A DNA stretch of 64,000 nucleotides from a virus (lineage: Duplodnaviria; Caudoviricetes): positions 32,001 to 96,000 of IMG/VR virus record IMGVR_UViG_3300031908_000001. The stretch is one strand, 5' to 3'. The notes beneath the pieces were generated by a model that worked only from the letters and a program-made list of their open reading frames with translations, did not search any database and was not told the origin of the DNA. Shown here piece by piece: positions 19,951-28,300 of this stretch. Every line of letters begins with the position of its first letter. Within the stretch, counting starts at the first letter, position 1. The position numbers were made by a program, and so were the translations under genes.

Positions 19951-21536
19951 TATTTACTTTTGTTTAAATCGGTTATAAAACTATTAAAATCATCCATTAA
20001 TGGATTTTTACTTTTTGTAAAAGGATTTTTATCTTGATCCATCTGATCTACTGCATCATTACTTTCTTCTCCTCCCATTGCTTGCATTGATTTGCCCTGC
20101 ATAAATACTGGATTGCCTATTATATCTCCACCCTCTATAGATGGAAGATCTCTTCTTGCTCTTACTTCATTAAAGGTCTCATAATTCTGGATGGCTTTAA
20201 TGTCCATGTCCTGTTCTTTTTCTGGAGAGTCGATATCCATGCCCACAAACACCAATTCAAATTCTGGATTTAATTCTGAAACAACGTATTTATTTAATTT
20301 ATTCTGGATAAATTTTAATAATGGCTTTAATCCTTTGTCTTTAGAATACTTTAATTTTTCTGAATTTCCCGTGCTTCCACCAAATGCAGAAGTCTCACTA
20401 GCTCCGGCCATAGGGAAACCAATTTCACTTGGATCAATTTTAAATATAGCGCAAGCCAGCTTTATCAGATATTCCTGATACTTAGCATACTCCATTTCTC
20501 TATTTGTCTTCTGAAGATCTACATACTCCATGCCCTCTCCATTTAACACAGGGGTCTTGTGAGCATTTTCTGCACCCATCATGCTTGCTATCCATTGCGT
20601 TCTAAAAGCCTCTATTTGAGATTGTGGAATACTTCCGGCCCCACCCTTTAACATTATAATACCCTTTGGTATGCTGGAATGAGTGAAGATATTTCTATTA
20701 TATTGATCGGCGTACAGCATTGATGTAACAACCTGAATTAGATCTTCTAATTCAGAGTTTCCATAGCCATTGCTATAAATATTTGTGGATGGGTTGCGTA
20801 ATCCAAAGCACAGTTCCCAGGGATAAAATTCTTGTATTACCCTTGACTGATATAATTGAACATATGCTGTCAGGTGGCCATTCTTCTTTATCTTTGTTAA
20901 ATTCTCATCCCTGTGATCAGCAAATCTAAATGTGGCTCCATCCGTTGCGTTTATTTGAACTAATTCACCTCTCCTGGTTCTTACGTTTTCAAACGTCATT
21001 TGATCCAGAATCAAAGAATCATCCGTAATCTTTCTGAGGAAAGATGAAAAATCATCACCTGTCCACTTATTATCAAGATTTCCACAATTAAGCATGAAAT
21101 CTGTAATTCTTGTTATTTCTCTTTTATCTGCTCTTGATGGTTTATAGCCTTTTTCAGTTCCCTTCTTACGTATCAAAAATCCAGTAGAGTATTTATCTGC
21201 TGGAACATCGGAGAATGCTCCTACCTGTTCTATTCTAGTCTCTATGATTGATTTAATAATTGGAGCTTTGGCCATTCTTCTTAGTGTAGTATAACCTAAG
21301 TCTATTGGCTTATCCTTATATCCCATGTGAGTATAAAACATGGGATCAAAAAAGTATGATTTAGGATCCTGTCCTTGTGTCGGTGCAACTTTTATTTCTC
21401 CCATAGTCTGAACAGCTTTTACAAGCTCTTCTGGATCTTTGGATGATAGTCCCTCATTAATTAAAATAAACTTAGCTGCTTGCGCTTCTTTCTCCTGCTT
21501 TGTTAATTCACTTAATTTTTGATCAAAGTTTGACAC
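19950..21536 (-). CDS. portal protein
   Basis: 528 aa; IIETRIEQV, YGNSELE, PKGII, IFKIDPSEIGF, GLKPLL, TFNEVR. Confidence 0.93.
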   Translation of the reverse strand: MSNFDQKLSELTKQEKEAQAAKFILINEGLSSKDPEELVKAVQTMGEIKVAPTQGQDPKSYFFDPMFYTHMGYKDKPIDLGYTTLRRMAKAPIIKSIIETRIEQVGAFSDVPADKYSTGFLIRKKGTEKGYKPSRADKREITRITDFMLNCGNLDNKWTGDDFSSFLRKITDDSLILDQMTFENVRTRRGELVQINATDGATFRFADHRDENLTKIKKNGHLTAYVQLYQSRVIQEFYPWELCFGLRNPSTNIYSNGYGNSELEDLIQVVTSMLYADQYNRNIFTHSSIPKGIIMLKGGAGSIPQSQIEAFRTQWIASMMGAENAHKTPVLNGEGMEYVDLQKTNREMEYAKYQEYLIKLACAIFKIDPSEIGFPMAGASETSAFGGSTGNSEKLKYSKDKGLKPLLKFIQNKLNKYVVSELNPEFELVFVGMDIDSPEKEQDMDIKAIQNYETFNEVRARRDLPSIEGGDIIGNPVFMQGKSMQAMGGEESNDAVDQMDQDKNPFTKSKNPLMDDFNSFITDLNKSK

Positions 21537-21649
21537 TTATACATAATAATCCTATTTACGATCTTTAAAAGATAAAAATAACCAAAATTTTGCAATTATA
21601 AAACCTTTTATAGATTTATAAATTATGAATCATTAAGTAACTTAATAAT

Positions 21650-21835
21650 CTATTGACACATAAGTAAATTAAATTTAAACTTGCTTAAATCATTTCTGAG
21701 ATCAATTCTTAACTTAAGAAATGGACAAAATTTACTGGTACTATTAAATTCGGTTAAGCAATTTAAAGCCTTTTCAGTGTATTTAATCTTTACTTCTAAT
21801 ACCTCTTTTCTGACTTGAGTTTCTAAATTTTTCAT
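21650..21835 (-). CDS. small hypothetical protein with own promoter between terminase and portal
   Basis: Likely start ATG 21835 (MKNLETQ); -7-like element and palindrome at 21860-21883. Confidence 0.55.
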   Translation of the reverse strand: MKNLETQVRKEVLEVKIKYTEKALNCLTEFNSTSKFCPFLKLRIDLRNDLSKFKFNLLMCQ

Positions 21836-21907
21836 AACTTTTAGTTGTTTTGTTATATACAAATATGATAAAAGTTTTTATCACTTAAAAATGAATGTAA
21901 TAAACAA

Positions 21908-22768
21908 CTACTTCTTCTTTCTTTTTAAAGCTTCTTCAATCTGCTTTTGAATTGCATCTTTTAACGTCTTACCAACCTCTGTAATGGTTTTATTGTGTTC
22001 TGCTGCTCCTCCGGTCAAGTCTATAATATTTGATTCTATTACTTCTGCCTCTGTAATTTCCGGCTGAATTTTGCCAACTACATCTATTATCTCATAATTC
22101 CCCTTGGTTTTAGGGACCTGAGATACTACTACTATTTCAGTTGTTTTGCTTATAGTTTCCTGATATCCTTCCTTAGATTTCTCTAATAATGATCTAAGCT
22201 CTATCTTTTCTTGAAGAGTTAATTTAGAAAAATCATATTTATCAGATGGGGGCTTTTTTTCAATAGTTTTATTATTGTTTACCTGGATATTGAATTTCTT
22301 TTTATGAAATCCTAAAACCTTCTCTTTTCTCCATAGAGCCTCAATAATCTTAATATTGCATCCATTTATAATATATTTTCGTGGCCCCTTCTTTTTTGGC
22401 TTTGTGTCCTCATTATCTTCCAGATCTTCAAAATCATCCTCATCATCTTCTAATTCCGCTTTTCTTAACTCTTCCTCAATTCTTTGTCTGTTTTGCTGGT
22501 AAATATCCTCATATCTCTCACAATGGAGTCTTATTAATGTTTCTACATTTTTATCAGCTCTTTTGTCAAGTAGCTCATATGCCTTCTGTATATGTTTTCT
22601 AACAGTTATTTCAGAGATCTTGAGCCTGTTTACTAAATCTTTGATAATGGAGGATGTTGACTCATTCTTCTCAAGTCTTCCGTATATCTCTTCTACTATC
22701 TCAAGAGTCTTATCATATGTTTTAATATTCATAGCCATAAGTTTATATAAAGCTCCATGAAAAACCAT
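21908..22768 (-). CDS. terminase small subunit-like protein (paralog 2, extended)
   Basis: N-terminal HTH-like region; clear similarity to 24179-24622. Confidence 0.55.
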   Translation of the reverse strand: MVFHGALYKLMAMNIKTYDKTLEIVEEIYGRLEKNESTSSIIKDLVNRLKISEITVRKHIQKAYELLDKRADKNVETLIRLHCERYEDIYQQNRQRIEEELRKAELEDDEDDFEDLEDNEDTKPKKKGPRKYIINGCNIKIIEALWRKEKVLGFHKKKFNIQVNNNKTIEKKPPSDKYDFSKLTLQEKIELRSLLEKSKEGYQETISKTTEIVVVSQVPKTKGNYEIIDVVGKIQPEITEAEVIESNIIDLTGGAAEHNKTITEVGKTLKDAIQKQIEEALKRKKK

Positions 22769-24182
22769 TATTCACTAAAAGCTCATTAATTGCCATAACT
22801 GTTAAATCTACAAATTCATCATGCTTTGCATTTGGGAATGTGGTTACCTGATCTAAATATGCTTTATTCCATGCCCCCTTAACCAATTTTACACGTCTTC
22901 CCTCAATAATTGGAGAAACTGCATTTAATCTGGTTGTCTTATCGTCTGTGGGAGGTGCAGTTTCTATTATATTTAATTTTGATGCCGCCCTTAGTGATTG
23001 CACAACAGATATACCAGTGGCCTTTGGCTCTACTTTTATTCTACTGTTATTCGTATAAGCATTTCCATGAGCATATTTTCCTATAAACTCACATAATTGA
23101 GGAAACTCCAGCCAAACTTCAGTAACATTTAAAATATAGATAAAATTATTTTTAACGAAACAGGCCATTAAACCCGATGGATCATTCTCTGTTTTAGCAG
23201 TATAAGCCCCATCAACAAAAAATTCAATCGGCTCTGTTAATGGATTTCTAGTAAGAGTATTTGCTTCTACTATATCAAACCAATCTCTCTTAATAATTCC
23301 ACCCTCTTCTGGCGAAGGTATTTGTTGCAATTGTCCTGCGTATTGATTTGATCCAAGACTTACTTTATAATCTTGCAGAGCCCCCCTGTTAAAACGATCT
23401 GACCAGAATAAACCATCAATATAATTGACTTCCAGTTCCTTGGGGGATAATTGAGGACCTATTTCAGCAGGGATACAAATATGCTTATGTCGTTCAGGCC
23501 TTGTATCCATCAAATAACCAGACAAATCTTCCTGATGAAGGCGCTGCATAACAATTATGCGAATTCCCACGTCTGGATTATTTAATCGAGAGAAGAGAGT
23601 GTGAGAATAAAAGTCTAATGCATTCTTTCTTTCAACTGCTGATGAGGCTAATTTAGGGGAAATTGGGTCATCAACTATAATCACATCTGCCCCGCTCCCA
23701 GTTATTTGGCCATTATTTCCCACAGCTTTTCTCATGCCCCCCTTATTATTTCTGTAATCTGACTTTGAATTGGCATCAGATTTTAATTCAAAGTCTCCAA
23801 GATATAGCTCCTGAAACCAGTTTGATAAAATCAAATCTCTTGACCTTGTTGCATGTTCTAAAGCCAAGGAGGCACTATAGGAAACAGATATAAATTTCAT
23901 TTCTGGGTGAAATGTCCATGCCCACACTGGAAATATTACAGTGCATATCATAGACTTGGAAGATCTGAAAGGAATATTTATTATTATATCCTTGTCTCTT
24001 TTTTCTTTTCTTGATATTCTTTCTGCCTCCACTTGAAGCTGATCACAAATATATTTAGCATGCCAGTTGTCGCTGTAGTCTTCACCTGGGTGAAGTATTT
24101 TAAAAGCAGCTACATAAAATTCATAATATGAATCTCTATATATACTTTTTAATAAATCTTTTTCAAATTCTGCATCAATCAC
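22743..24182 (-). CDS. terL: terminase large subunit
   Basis: Walker A-like PFRSSKS, Walker B IIVDDP, VMQRLH, nuclease FVDGAY...HDEFVD. Confidence 0.95.
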   Translation of the reverse strand: MIDAEFEKDLLKSIYRDSYYEFYVAAFKILHPGEDYSDNWHAKYICDQLQVEAERISRKEKRDKDIIINIPFRSSKSMICTVIFPVWAWTFHPEMKFISVSYSASLALEHATRSRDLILSNWFQELYLGDFELKSDANSKSDYRNNKGGMRKAVGNNGQITGSGADVIIVDDPISPKLASSAVERKNALDFYSHTLFSRLNNPDVGIRIIVMQRLHQEDLSGYLMDTRPERHKHICIPAEIGPQLSPKELEVNYIDGLFWSDRFNRGALQDYKVSLGSNQYAGQLQQIPSPEEGGIIKRDWFDIVEANTLTRNPLTEPIEFFVDGAYTAKTENDPSGLMACFVKNNFIYILNVTEVWLEFPQLCEFIGKYAHGNAYTNNSRIKVEPKATGISVVQSLRAASKLNIIETAPPTDDKTTRLNAVSPIIEGRRVKLVKGAWNKAYLDQVTTFPNAKHDEFVDLTVMAINELLVNNGFSWSFI

Positions 24183-24622
24183 TTCTTACATTTGCTTAAC
24201 AGAATTTCCAATCTTTGTTGCTCTTGTGGAGCTAATTTACCAACATTATAATCTTGATGCTCAATCACTTTCTCATTGTTGTTAACCTGCATATTCATTT
24301 CCGGCTTATGTAGGCCCATTAAACTCTCTTTTGCATTTAGAGCTTGCATTGCCATTGATTGATCTGGCATCTCATTTGTATAAAAAAGATAAATTTCTTC
24401 ATACCTTATTAGGTGAAGATTTAATATATTTAGAAGTTCAGAATCTCTGAATTTGCCTATTTGATTTTCAATTGCCTCAAGATCTTTGCTTACTTGGTGA
24501 ACAGTTATATCAGCCGATTCTGAAACTTCTTGTAAAATATTTTTCTTTGATTTCCCCTCAAGAAGATCACTTAATATTTTTTGTCTCCTCTCCTGTACTT
24601 CCTTCTTGGTTGATTTTGGCAT
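24179..24622 (-). CDS. terminase small subunit-like protein (paralog 1)
   Basis: 147 aa directly upstream of TerL; HTH-like N-terminus. Confidence 0.6.
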   Translation of the reverse strand: MPKSTKKEVQERRQKILSDLLEGKSKKNILQEVSESADITVHQVSKDLEAIENQIGKFRDSELLNILNLHLIRYEEIYLFYTNEMPDQSMAMQALNAKESLMGLHKPEMNMQVNNNEKVIEHQDYNVGKLAPQEQQRLEILLSKCKK

Positions 24623-24986
24623 CTTCTGCTATTTTATCATTTATTTTAATTAGCTGCTTAATTAAGCCTGATTTCTGCAACTCTAATTGACTTAATTGAT
24701 GTTCTAAATAAGTCTTCTGATCTTCCAGGGTTATTATGATTCTATACTTTACTTTATATGGACCCCCAACATTGCTGCCGGAAACAGCACAAAATCCAAA
24801 ATGAACAAGAGTATCTAATTTGTTCTTTATTTCAGCCTTTGTCTCATTAAATATACCTATTTTTTTAGATAAATTGTCTAAAGTAAACCAATCATTATTT
24901 GTATGAATAGCAAATTGAGCTGCAAGCAATGATGCTTTTGCAATATTTTCTGGATTTTGTAGCGCTTCTTGAACTTCTTTTGTCAT
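24567..24986 (-). CDS. winged-helix-like protein with coiled coil
   Basis: WFTLDNLSKKIG...KNKLDTLVHFGF pattern, then heptad repeats. Confidence 0.4.
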   Translation of the reverse strand: MTKEVQEALQNPENIAKASLLAAQFAIHTNNDWFTLDNLSKKIGIFNETKAEIKNKLDTLVHFGFCAVSGSNVGGPYKVKYRIIITLEDQKTYLEHQLSQLELQKSGLIKQLIKINDKIAEDAKINQEGSTGEETKNIK

Positions 24987-24992
24987 AATATT

Positions 24993-25631
24993 TTAGTATT
25001 CAAATTTAAAACTTTCTCTAAATCTTTTTTCTTTTACTAACTCTGATCCGCCGGACTCGCTTCTCATTGAGAAAATCAAGTTTTTTAATACCTGGGCATT
25101 GGCGATAACATCGTTTAATGCACCGTGACCATCAATAAGCTCTATCCCCATTCTTTCGCAGCATGCCTCCAAACTAAATTTTACCCCTTCTTCAGTTGCC
25201 CATTTTGATCGGCACATCTTGAGAGTATCATAAATATATGTATCGACATATTTATAAAGATCTTTTTTGCAATAAGAAAAAACATATTCTAAAAATACTC
25301 TATCGAAATCATTAAAACTGTGACCGCACAAATAAGGCTTGGCATTTTTCCCTCTGCCCCCCGATGCTTTTTGGAATTCTTCTATCATAGCATTTACTGC
25401 TTCTTTAATAGAAATTCCAGAATTAATTTGGCTCATTTTTATGCCATTATAATTCAGAGCCTCCTGCTCTATAGTAAGATTGTTGTAATTCTTTACGTAT
25501 GTCTGATATCTGGATATTTCTTCAAAATTCTCGGCTCTAAAAGAGCAAAGGCCAACTTCTATAATTGGATTTTTATCAGCAATTTTTCCACCGGTTTCAA
25601 AATCTAACACTATATAATTTCCACAATTCAT
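24993..25631 (-). CDS. DEDDh 3'-5' exonuclease (DnaQ-like)
   Basis: VLDFETGG, GHSFNDFD, HGALND motifs. Confidence 0.9.
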   Translation of the reverse strand: MNCGNYIVLDFETGGKIADKNPIIEVGLCSFRAENFEEISRYQTYVKNYNNLTIEQEALNYNGIKMSQINSGISIKEAVNAMIEEFQKASGGRGKNAKPYLCGHSFNDFDRVFLEYVFSYCKKDLYKYVDTYIYDTLKMCRSKWATEEGVKFSLEACCERMGIELIDGHGALNDVIANAQVLKNLIFSMRSESGGSELVKEKRFRESFKFEY

Positions 25632-25636
25632 AAGAT

Positions 25637-25909
25637 TTAATTAAGTAATTTAAATTCTCCCACCCTAAATTTTGTAGACAAATATGAAAGAGTATAGTTT
25701 AAATTATATGGATCTATAAGATCTTTTTCTTTTATTATTTTTTGATCTATTACCCCCTTAAAATGAAGTAACAAATCATAGCTGGTATCCTGAAGTTCTC
25801 TCTTGCTAAGATTTTTCATGATACATTTAAAATTAAGACCGAAGATTACCGTATACCGTTTATTGCTCTTGTTCCTTTGGCGCGCGGGTTTAAATATTCG
25901 CCATTTCAT
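25637..25909 (-). CDS. hypothetical protein
   Basis: ORF in gene run; true start possibly MKNLSK. Confidence 0.45.
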   Translation of the reverse strand: MKWRIFKPARQRNKSNKRYTVIFGLNFKCIMKNLSKRELQDTSYDLLLHFKGVIDQKIIKEKDLIDPYNLNYTLSYLSTKFRVGEFKLLN

Positions 25910-25916
25910 CTCCGGT

Positions 25917-26204
25917 CTATGAGATTAATTTACTATTTAATAATTCCTTCACTTGCTGTCTTAACTTAGGATCACCAAGAAGTTTTGCTATCTCTATTCT
26001 TTCAATAACATCTTCAAGCAATCTCAAAATATCATGGTCAAATGAAGCATAGTATTTGAAATTATATATCTTCCTGAATTCTTGTGGCGTTGTTTCTGGA
26101 TAAAACGCCTGGATGAATGGCTTAATGTACTTTACATCATAAGCCAGAACCTTTTTCTTTCTGTCTGCAAAATCTAAATCTACATCGCTTCTTTTAAGTT
26201 TCAT
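25917..26204 (-). CDS. hypothetical helical protein, possible regulator
   Basis: 95 aa; upstream -7-like element and two tandem palindromes (26231-26273). Confidence 0.5.
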   Translation of the reverse strand: MKLKRSDVDLDFADRKKKVLAYDVKYIKPFIQAFYPETTPQEFRKIYNFKYYASFDHDILRLLEDVIERIEIAKLLGDPKLRQQVKELLNSKLIS

Positions 26205-26486
26205 AAAATCTCTTCTTTCCCTTTATTTTATGTAAATGTAATAAAAAGTTTTATCATATAAAAACTTTTATAATTATTTTGTTTTCATTTTTGCAACAAA
26301 AATCAAAATTATTACCAATATTAACATTATACATCCTGTCATTTAATTAAAATGATTTTGTAGTACCAATCACCTGTTTTATTATTTCTTTTTCAGACTT
26401 GCCCCTATCAAGAATTTTTCTAATTACTTGCAGTTTTCTCCATTGAAATATGCAAATTATCTTTGCCTCTTTTTTACTCATAATTA

Positions 26487-26759
26487 CTAATTCCAAATAC
26501 TATTGGATAGGCAGCAATAATCATAATTATTATCAAACCACATACAAAATGCTTGAGCTGGAAGTGCGTAACAATAAATTAAAATGAATGGAATAACAAT
26601 TTCCCAACAAAGTTCAATATCAAAGAAAACAAAACCAATCAAATTAAAGAATCCAAATATTCCAGCAAAGTATGGAACTAATAGAGGTATTGCCAACAAT
26701 AACAAAATTACAATGAATGTATCAAACAAAATCTGAACAAGTATTTTCTTTAGTTTCAT
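26487..26759 (-). CDS. small membrane protein
   Basis: Highly hydrophobic, 2-3 TM segments. Confidence 0.55.
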   Translation of the reverse strand: MKLKKILVQILFDTFIVILLLLAIPLLVPYFAGIFGFFNLIGFVFFDIELCWEIVIPFILIYCYALPAQAFCMWFDNNYDYCCLSNSIWN

Positions 26760-26778
26760 AATATTAGTTTTAAAATTT

Positions 26779-26886
26779 AAAAGAGGGCGTATTTTGAGTA
26801 CGCACGACCAAGATTACACCTTTAGGCTAGTTCTTTTGTTGGCCAGGGATTTTGTTCCCCATGTCTACCAATTCCATCACCTCTTT
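26779..26886 (-). ncRNA. tRNA-Leu-derived tRNA-like RNA with long variable arm
   Basis: Acceptor AAAGAGG/CCTCTTT; D arm ATG-GAATTGGTAGA-CAT; GGGA-ACAAAA-TCCC arm; about 40-nt variable arm; T arm GCGTA-CTCAAAA-TACGC. Confidence 0.6.
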
Positions 26887-27042
26887 ACCATTGCGCAACG
26901 GTCTATTATCTAATTAACCGCAGACTTTTTAAGGTCCAACTTTATCACGTTGGATTTTGCTTCTTTAATGCTTGCCGGATATTTTACAACCTCCGACTAG
27001 TTGGCATTGGCTTGACTTAAATTTGACGGTTTACTCAAGTTG

Positions 27043-27117
27043 TGAAAGAGAAGGGAATCGAACCCCTGTTACCCCTGCGCATTACTGCAAATTGTTCTAC
27101 CACTAAACTACTCTCTC
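27043..27117 (-). ncRNA. tRNA-like RNA with non-canonical anticodon arm
   Basis: Acceptor GAGAGAG/CTCTTTC, D arm GTTT-AGTGGTA-GAAC, T arm AGGGG-TTCGATT-CCCTT; no 7-nt U33 anticodon loop. Confidence 0.7.
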
Positions 27118-27189
27118 AATTTTAAATAAGGCAAAGTCATAAACGATGCCTTATTTGTTATAAAATAATTGTATGTCTCACTATAAATT

Positions 27190-27314
27190 TGGCGGTGGAG
27201 CAGGAATCGAACCTGCATTTTGCTGCTGGAATTAACCAAGAACAGCACACACTACTTCACTTCATGTGTTTTTCGCGATTAATCGCCTAGTGTCTACCAT
27301 TTCACCATCCCCCG
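27190..27314 (-). ncRNA. 125-nt tRNA-like RNA with expanded multi-hairpin core
   Basis: Acceptor CGGGGGA/TCCACCG followed by CCA; Leu-type D arm GTG-AAATGGTAGA-CAC; T arm GCAGG-TTCGATT-CCTGC; about 73 nt between D and T arms. Confidence 0.7.
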
Positions 27315-27334
27315 TTTCTTATACAATAATAAAG

Positions 27335-27364
27335 CAAATATATTTATTATCAAAACTTTTATAA
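27335..27364 (-). promoter_or_regulatory. Bacteroidota-type promoter (-7 TATATTTG) plus 18-bp palindrome upstream of the RNA cluster
   Basis: caaatata at 27335-27342; ttatcaaaacttttataa at 27347-27364. Confidence 0.7.
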
Positions 27365-27368
27365 GACT

Positions 27369-27539
27369 TTATTTTACTTTTTCTATCTGATTGGCTGTAC
27401 GAATTATAATCCTTCCATGAAATCTTCCATGCTGATCTCGCTCTGAAAGAGTATAGGTGTCATTTCTGTTGAATTTCTTCACGTGCCAGATAATGATTGA
27501 TCCACCTATCTCTTTTACTCTATCTTCTATCTTGAACAT
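27369..27539 (-). CDS. small KOW/SH3-like protein (not in ORF track)
   Basis: Manual translation MFKIEDRVKEIGGSIIIWHVKK..., 56 aa. Confidence 0.5.
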   Translation of the reverse strand: MFKIEDRVKEIGGSIIIWHVKKFNRNDTYTLSERDQHGRFHGRIIIRTANQIEKVK

Positions 27540-27550
27540 TTTTAAGTTAC

Positions 27551-28084
27551 TTAAGATTTTTTGAATTGTTCTGCTATCATTTTTATTTGCTGGATGAGGA
27601 TATTGTACATATTGACATCATTATCTTTTATAGTTTTGAGGTCTGGATTGTGTAGAACTCCATTTACATAAAATTCTTGGATTCCACTCCCCAAATTTGT
27701 AATTGATAAACTGGCAAGTTTAGTTTCTATTCCAGGCTTAGACATTATTCTTTTGATTACCTCTTCTTCGTTATAGCCAAGATTATAATTTCGGATATCC
27801 AGAATATGGACCCATTGAAGTTTTCCATCTTTATAAACTTGTACTTGATTATGGGGAATTTCATCTATTGCCGGTACTTGATATTTTTCTACCAATTCAA
27901 GCTCATAATCTGCAAATTCACATGAATCACTGCTTCCCAATGAATCATTAAATCGAACAAGAAAAGGAAATTCTCTATATTGAAAGAATTCACCTATTAC
28001 TCCTGTTCTACCTATATCGTCCTTATCCCCGTGCTTATTCGAGATGACTTTTACTTCGTCTCCTGCTTTAAATTTTCTTTTCAT
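27551..28084 (-). CDS. protein with N-terminal KOW/SH3-like domain
   Basis: KFKAGDEVKVI...IGRTGVI...FADYELELV. Confidence 0.6.
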   Translation of the reverse strand: MKRKFKAGDEVKVISNKHGDKDDIGRTGVIGEFFQYREFPFLVRFNDSLGSSDSCEFADYELELVEKYQVPAIDEIPHNQVQVYKDGKLQWVHILDIRNYNLGYNEEEVIKRIMSKPGIETKLASLSITNLGSGIQEFYVNGVLHNPDLKTIKDNDVNMYNILIQQIKMIAEQFKKS

Positions 28085-28300
28085 TTTAACTTGAAAGTTT
28101 AGATTTTATACCATTTTTATTCCAATAGAACTTTGGCACCAGATCTCCCCATTTTCCATCTTCGTATATTTCTCTTACTACACCTTTTGTTCCGTTGTTC
28201 TGAATTACCATGAATTTTTTATCGCACCACTCTATTACTGACCCTGGTTCAAATTCTAGCATCCATTGATTTTCTTTTGTGATTGTCATAGCTGTATTAT

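Noticed and set aside
22743-24182. Intein or intron in TerL, helicases or ThyX
   Set aside because: Lengths are normal, motifs are contiguous, and no splicing motifs are seen.
27190-27314. tmRNA or intron-containing tRNA
   Set aside because: Too short for tmRNA with no tag ORF or G3-U70 pair; the insert is far too small for a group I intron; no clear splice restores an anticodon arm.
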